Source: Acidobacteriota bacterium (GTDB lineage Bacteria > Acidobacteriota > UBA6911 > RPQK01 > JADFOI01). From it: 31,005 nt of DNA. The position numbers and the translations under genes were made by a program. Below the pieces are notes generated by a model. That model saw nothing but the letters and a program-made list of their open reading frames with translations. It did no database searches and had not been told where the DNA came from. Location of the stretch: positions 1-31,005 of the forward strand of contig JAPUKI010000389.1 of NCBI GenBank assembly GCA_027295745.1. The letters are read 5' to 3'. This document shows positions 27,808-31,005 of the stretch, in pieces; position 1 is the stretch's first letter; each line of letters opens with the position of its first letter.

Positions 27808-29047
27808 GGACCACATAGGGAATCGTAATGAAAAACAGAAGCAGGATCAGGATCTCCGAGTCACCGAAATTATACTCAAACAAACCCGCCAGCAAAAACG
27901 CTACCAGCACCCCGATTCCGCTCATGGCTAGGCATGACAGAAAGCGATCGGAAGCTGGATCTCGAAAGAAACGAGCGAAATCCCAAAACAGGCGAACCCA
28001 CAGCGCCACCCAGATCAAGAGAGTGATCACCCCCATTTCAGCGGCGATCTGCAGGAAATTGTTGTGAAGATGTTGATAGAGCCAGGTTTCAAATTCGTCC
28101 GTTTCATTGTAATCCTGATAGCGACGAGACACCATGTTGGGCCCCAAACCCGTCCAGGGATGAGCTACGATCATATTCTTGGCGGTAAGCAGCAACTCCA
28201 TGCGACCACGCGTGGTGGTATCAGTCAGGTCAAAACTGGAATAGAAACGTTCTTTCAAACCACTGGGGAGAGCAAAAAACAGCGCTATCAGGATGAGGAT
28301 GGCAGCCAGAAGCCATCTGACCCGATAAACCGATAAGAGCAGCAAAAGCCCGCCCATGGTCCCCAGCCAGGCACTACGAGTGTGGGTCAGAACCAGGACA
28401 AAAAGAAGAAGGGCCAGCAGTACGCTCCCGGCCCCCAGGGAGAGGACTTCCCGACTCAGCCAGCCCATGCGCTCGCCCTTTTCCGCTTCTTGAGAAGTCC
28501 CATCCTGTCCTCCAGCCAAGGTTTGGGGCAGCTGATAGAACAAGAGATACCCCCCTAGCGCGACTGAAACCAGCATCAATTGTCCCGAGAAGGTCATCCA
28601 GTGTCCCATGAAGCCGTCGATACGATTGACCAGATTGATGTCCAGCAGCCAGAAATACTGCAGGATCCCGTACCCTGCACTGATTCCCAGAACCATGACC
28701 ATCGCTTTGAGAGCGTACTCAACCCGCTCTCGATTCAGATAAGTGAAGATCAAAAAGACGTAGAAAAACTTGATGAATTTCTTCAAGTACAAGGCACTGA
28801 TGAGGACATCGCTGGAAAAGACGATAGCAATCAAGACGGCTGCCAAAAATGCCCACAAAAAGGCGATGAAAGGAGGGGCCTTCAGACTCAGTTTTCTGCG
28901 TTTCCAGCAGTGGACCAGCCAGAGTAGGATAGAAATGCCAAACAAGATATCCGAGACAGCGATCGACAGCAGAGAGCTCACCACCCCGCCCATAAGAGCG
29001 AGGGAAATCCACCGCTCCCAGATCAGATCATCCGTAGTGTGGGTCAC
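27782..29047 (-). CDS. O-antigen ligase family membrane protein (WaaL/Wzy_C)
   Basis: Multi-pass hydrophobic protein with THTRSAWLG, GRM, HPWTGLGP and HLHNNFLQIAAEMG motifs. Confidence 0.85.
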   Translation of the reverse strand: MTHTTDDLIWERWISLALMGGVVSSLLSIAVSDILFGISILLWLVHCWKRRKLSLKAPPFIAFLWAFLAAVLIAIVFSSDVLISALYLKKFIKFFYVFLIFTYLNRERVEYALKAMVMVLGISAGYGILQYFWLLDINLVNRIDGFMGHWMTFSGQLMLVSVALGGYLLFYQLPQTLAGGQDGTSQEAEKGERMGWLSREVLSLGAGSVLLALLLFVLVLTHTRSAWLGTMGGLLLLLSVYRVRWLLAAILILIALFFALPSGLKERFYSSFDLTDTTTRGRMELLLTAKNMIVAHPWTGLGPNMVSRRYQDYNETDEFETWLYQHLHNNFLQIAAEMGVITLLIWVALWVRLFWDFARFFRDPASDRFLSCLAMSGIGVLVAFLLAGLFEYNFGDSEILILLLFFITIPYVVHGGQEKGA

Positions 29048-29074
29048 TTTTCTAATGCTGCCATTCTGTTTTCA

Positions 29075-30367
29075 TCAAAGCTTAACGAGGGTATCGAAAG
29101 CTTCTCTGAAGACGTTTCGAGTATCGAAAACTAACTGTGCCGATTCCTGGATCATCTTGTAATCGAAACTAGAATGATCGGTCACCATCACCACCAGGTC
29201 GTATCCCTTAATCTTAGCTGGACTCAGAGACACTGATTTCTTCACAACTTCATCAAAGCGCAGTTGTGAAACATAGGGGTCAGAGTAGTCCACTTGGGCC
29301 CCACCAAGCTCCAACAGCCGGATGATATCCAGGGCCGGGGACTCGCGCACATCGCTCACGTCTTTCTTATAGGTCAAGCCCATGATCAATACCTTTGTCC
29401 CGTTCACACACTTTCGATTTTGGTTGAGGACCGCCACCATTCGATGGACACAATATTCCGGCATCTGAGTGTTGACCTCACTGGCCAGTTCAATACAGCG
29501 GGCATTGTAGTTAAGCATCTTCAACTTCCAGGAGAGGTAGAGAGGATCAATGGGGATACAGTGTCCACCCAGTCCGGGACCGGGGAAAAACGGCATAAAT
29601 CCAAAAGGTTTTGTTGCGGCAGCTTCAATGACTTCCCAAACCGAGACTCCCAGCTTGTCGCACATAATGGTGATCTCGTTGACCAGTCCTATGTTCACGG
29701 CACGAAAGGTGTTCTCCAACAGTTTCACCATTTCAGCCGTGGCTGCCGAAGAGACTGGGATAACCGTATCGATGACTTGCTCGTAAAGAATCTTGGCCAT
29801 CTCGGTGCAGTGGGGGGTGATCCCGCCTACGATTTTGGGCGTGTTCCTGGTGGTGAACTTGAGGTTTCCTGGATCGACTCGCTCTGGAGAAAATCCCAGG
29901 AAGAGATCTTTTCCGACTTGAAACTTCTCACTTTCCAACTCCACCCTCAAAAGTTCATCCGTGGTGCCCGGATAGGAGGTGCTCTGTAAAATGATCAACA
30001 TATCCTTATGAAGGTGTTCCTTTACCTTTTTGGCCGCGTCAACCATATAGCTAATGTCGGGATCTCTGGTTTGTCGCAAAGGGGTTGGAACACACAGGAT
30101 GACACAATCCAACTGGGAGACGATTTGGTAGTCGGAGTGAGCCCTAAAGCACCCGGATGAGATAGCAGCCTGGACCATCTCATCCTTGACGTCCTCAATA
30201 TGAGACTTCCCTTGGTTAAGTTCCTTGACCATCTCATCATCCACATCGATGCCGTGCACCATGAATCCACTGCGCGCAAAGGCCATGGCCAGTGGCAGCC
30301 CGGCATAGCCAACACCCACCACGCCGATCTTCGCCCGCTTGGTCAGTATTTTTTCCTTTAATTCCAT
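29075..30367 (-). CDS. Nucleotide-sugar dehydrogenase (UDP-GlcNAc 6-dehydrogenase, WbpA/WbpO-like)
   Basis: GVGYAGLP, CVPTP, FSPERVDPG, KLLENTFR, GPGLGGHCIP and GLTYKKDVSD motifs. Confidence 0.92.
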   Translation of the reverse strand: MELKEKILTKRAKIGVVGVGYAGLPLAMAFARSGFMVHGIDVDDEMVKELNQGKSHIEDVKDEMVQAAISSGCFRAHSDYQIVSQLDCVILCVPTPLRQTRDPDISYMVDAAKKVKEHLHKDMLIILQSTSYPGTTDELLRVELESEKFQVGKDLFLGFSPERVDPGNLKFTTRNTPKIVGGITPHCTEMAKILYEQVIDTVIPVSSAATAEMVKLLENTFRAVNIGLVNEITIMCDKLGVSVWEVIEAAATKPFGFMPFFPGPGLGGHCIPIDPLYLSWKLKMLNYNARCIELASEVNTQMPEYCVHRMVAVLNQNRKCVNGTKVLIMGLTYKKDVSDVRESPALDIIRLLELGGAQVDYSDPYVSQLRFDEVVKKSVSLSPAKIKGYDLVVMVTDHSSFDYKMIQESAQLVFDTRNVFREAFDTLVKL

Positions 30368-30368
30368 G

Positions 30369-31005
30369 TCAGGGGCTCTCCCTGGTTAGACAATCAGGTC
30401 TTTTCCGGAACCATTCCACCGTCCGACACAAGCCTTCACGGACTGAGATCTTGGCATCGAAATCTATCAACTGGCTGGCCCGGGTAATATCGGCTTGAGA
30501 GTCACGGACATCACCGTGACGAGCAGGCTGGTAAGCTGGTTTCAGCTTCAACGCCAGAATTTCATTCAGCAGGCCAGCCAGTCCATTAATCGTCATGCTC
30601 TTGCCACTGGCAATGTTCAAAGTCCTTCCCTGAGTATTGGACGCAGCCGCCAAAAGATTGGCTGAAACGACATCTTCAACAAAGATAAAGTCGCGACTTT
30701 GTTCACCGTCGCCATAAATGATGGGGCCTTCCCCACAGAGGGCTCGGGAAATAAAACGAGGGACCACCGCGGCATACTCGGATTTCGGATCCTGCTTGGG
30801 ACCGAAGACGTTGAAGTAACGCAGTGCAAGAGTTGGCAGGTGATGAATTTCTGAGAAAATCTTACAGTAAAGCTCACCCACATATTTGGTGACAGCATAA
30901 GGAGAGATCGGGTCTGGTTCCATATCCTCCCGCTTGGGAAGGTCTTCTGAGTTCCCGTAAACCGAAGTGCTGCTTGCAAAGATCACCTTTTGAACCCCCG
31001 CATCT
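30369..31005 (-). CDS. NAD-dependent nucleotide-sugar epimerase (WbpP-like), 5'-truncated by the window edge
   Basis: FASSTSVYG, SPYAVTK (YxxxK), RYFNVFGPKQDP and GDGEQSRDF motifs; the frame stays open to the window end. Confidence 0.92.
   Translation of the reverse strand, partial: DAGVQKVIFASSTSVYGNSEDLPKREDMEPDPISPYAVTKYVGELYCKIFSEIHHLPTLALRYFNVFGPKQDPKSEYAAVVPRFISRALCGEGPIIYGDGEQSRDFIFVEDVVSANLLAAASNTQGRTLNIASGKSMTINGLAGLLNEILALKLKPAYQPARHGDVRDSQADITRASQLIDFDAKISVREGLCRTVEWFRKRPDCLTRESP

Overview
A 31 kb chromosomal housekeeping and cell-envelope region from a Gram-negative (Kdo/LPS-making) bacterium. The gene order and content (kdsB-pyrG-kdsA-kdsD-kdsC; yicC-gmk-rpoZ-coaBC-era-udg-priA; a BrxA/B-type bacilliredoxin) suggest Acidobacteriota, which is inference only. 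The window holds a 5'-truncated metH, a VapBC-type toxin-antitoxin pair, the complete CMP-Kdo pathway, a CDF metal exporter, an odd GTPase-DUF697 protein, a JAB peptidase, msbA, mtnA-tsaD, a bacilliredoxin-rhodanese fusion next to a Rieske ferredoxin, and a surface-polysaccharide cluster with an embedded CarH-like B12 photoreceptor. The most unusual signal is non-coding. (1) Six intergenic loci are built from modular 7-nt tandem repeats. Several are bracketed by perfect inverted repeats made of the same heptamers and carry c-GAA-g mini-hairpins, and the arrays run into gene 3' ends. (2) A 474-bp nested fold-back element with 18-bp terminal inverted repeats and a TA duplication sits between udg and priA and appears to supply the priA start codon and RBS; removing it in silico restores a coupled TTGA udg/priA junction. 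(3) A 186-bp MITE with perfect 20-bp ends, carrying REP-like repeats, is inserted in one heptamer array. No tRNA, rRNA, CRISPR array or transposase was recognised. All family assignments come from motif recognition; no database searches were run.
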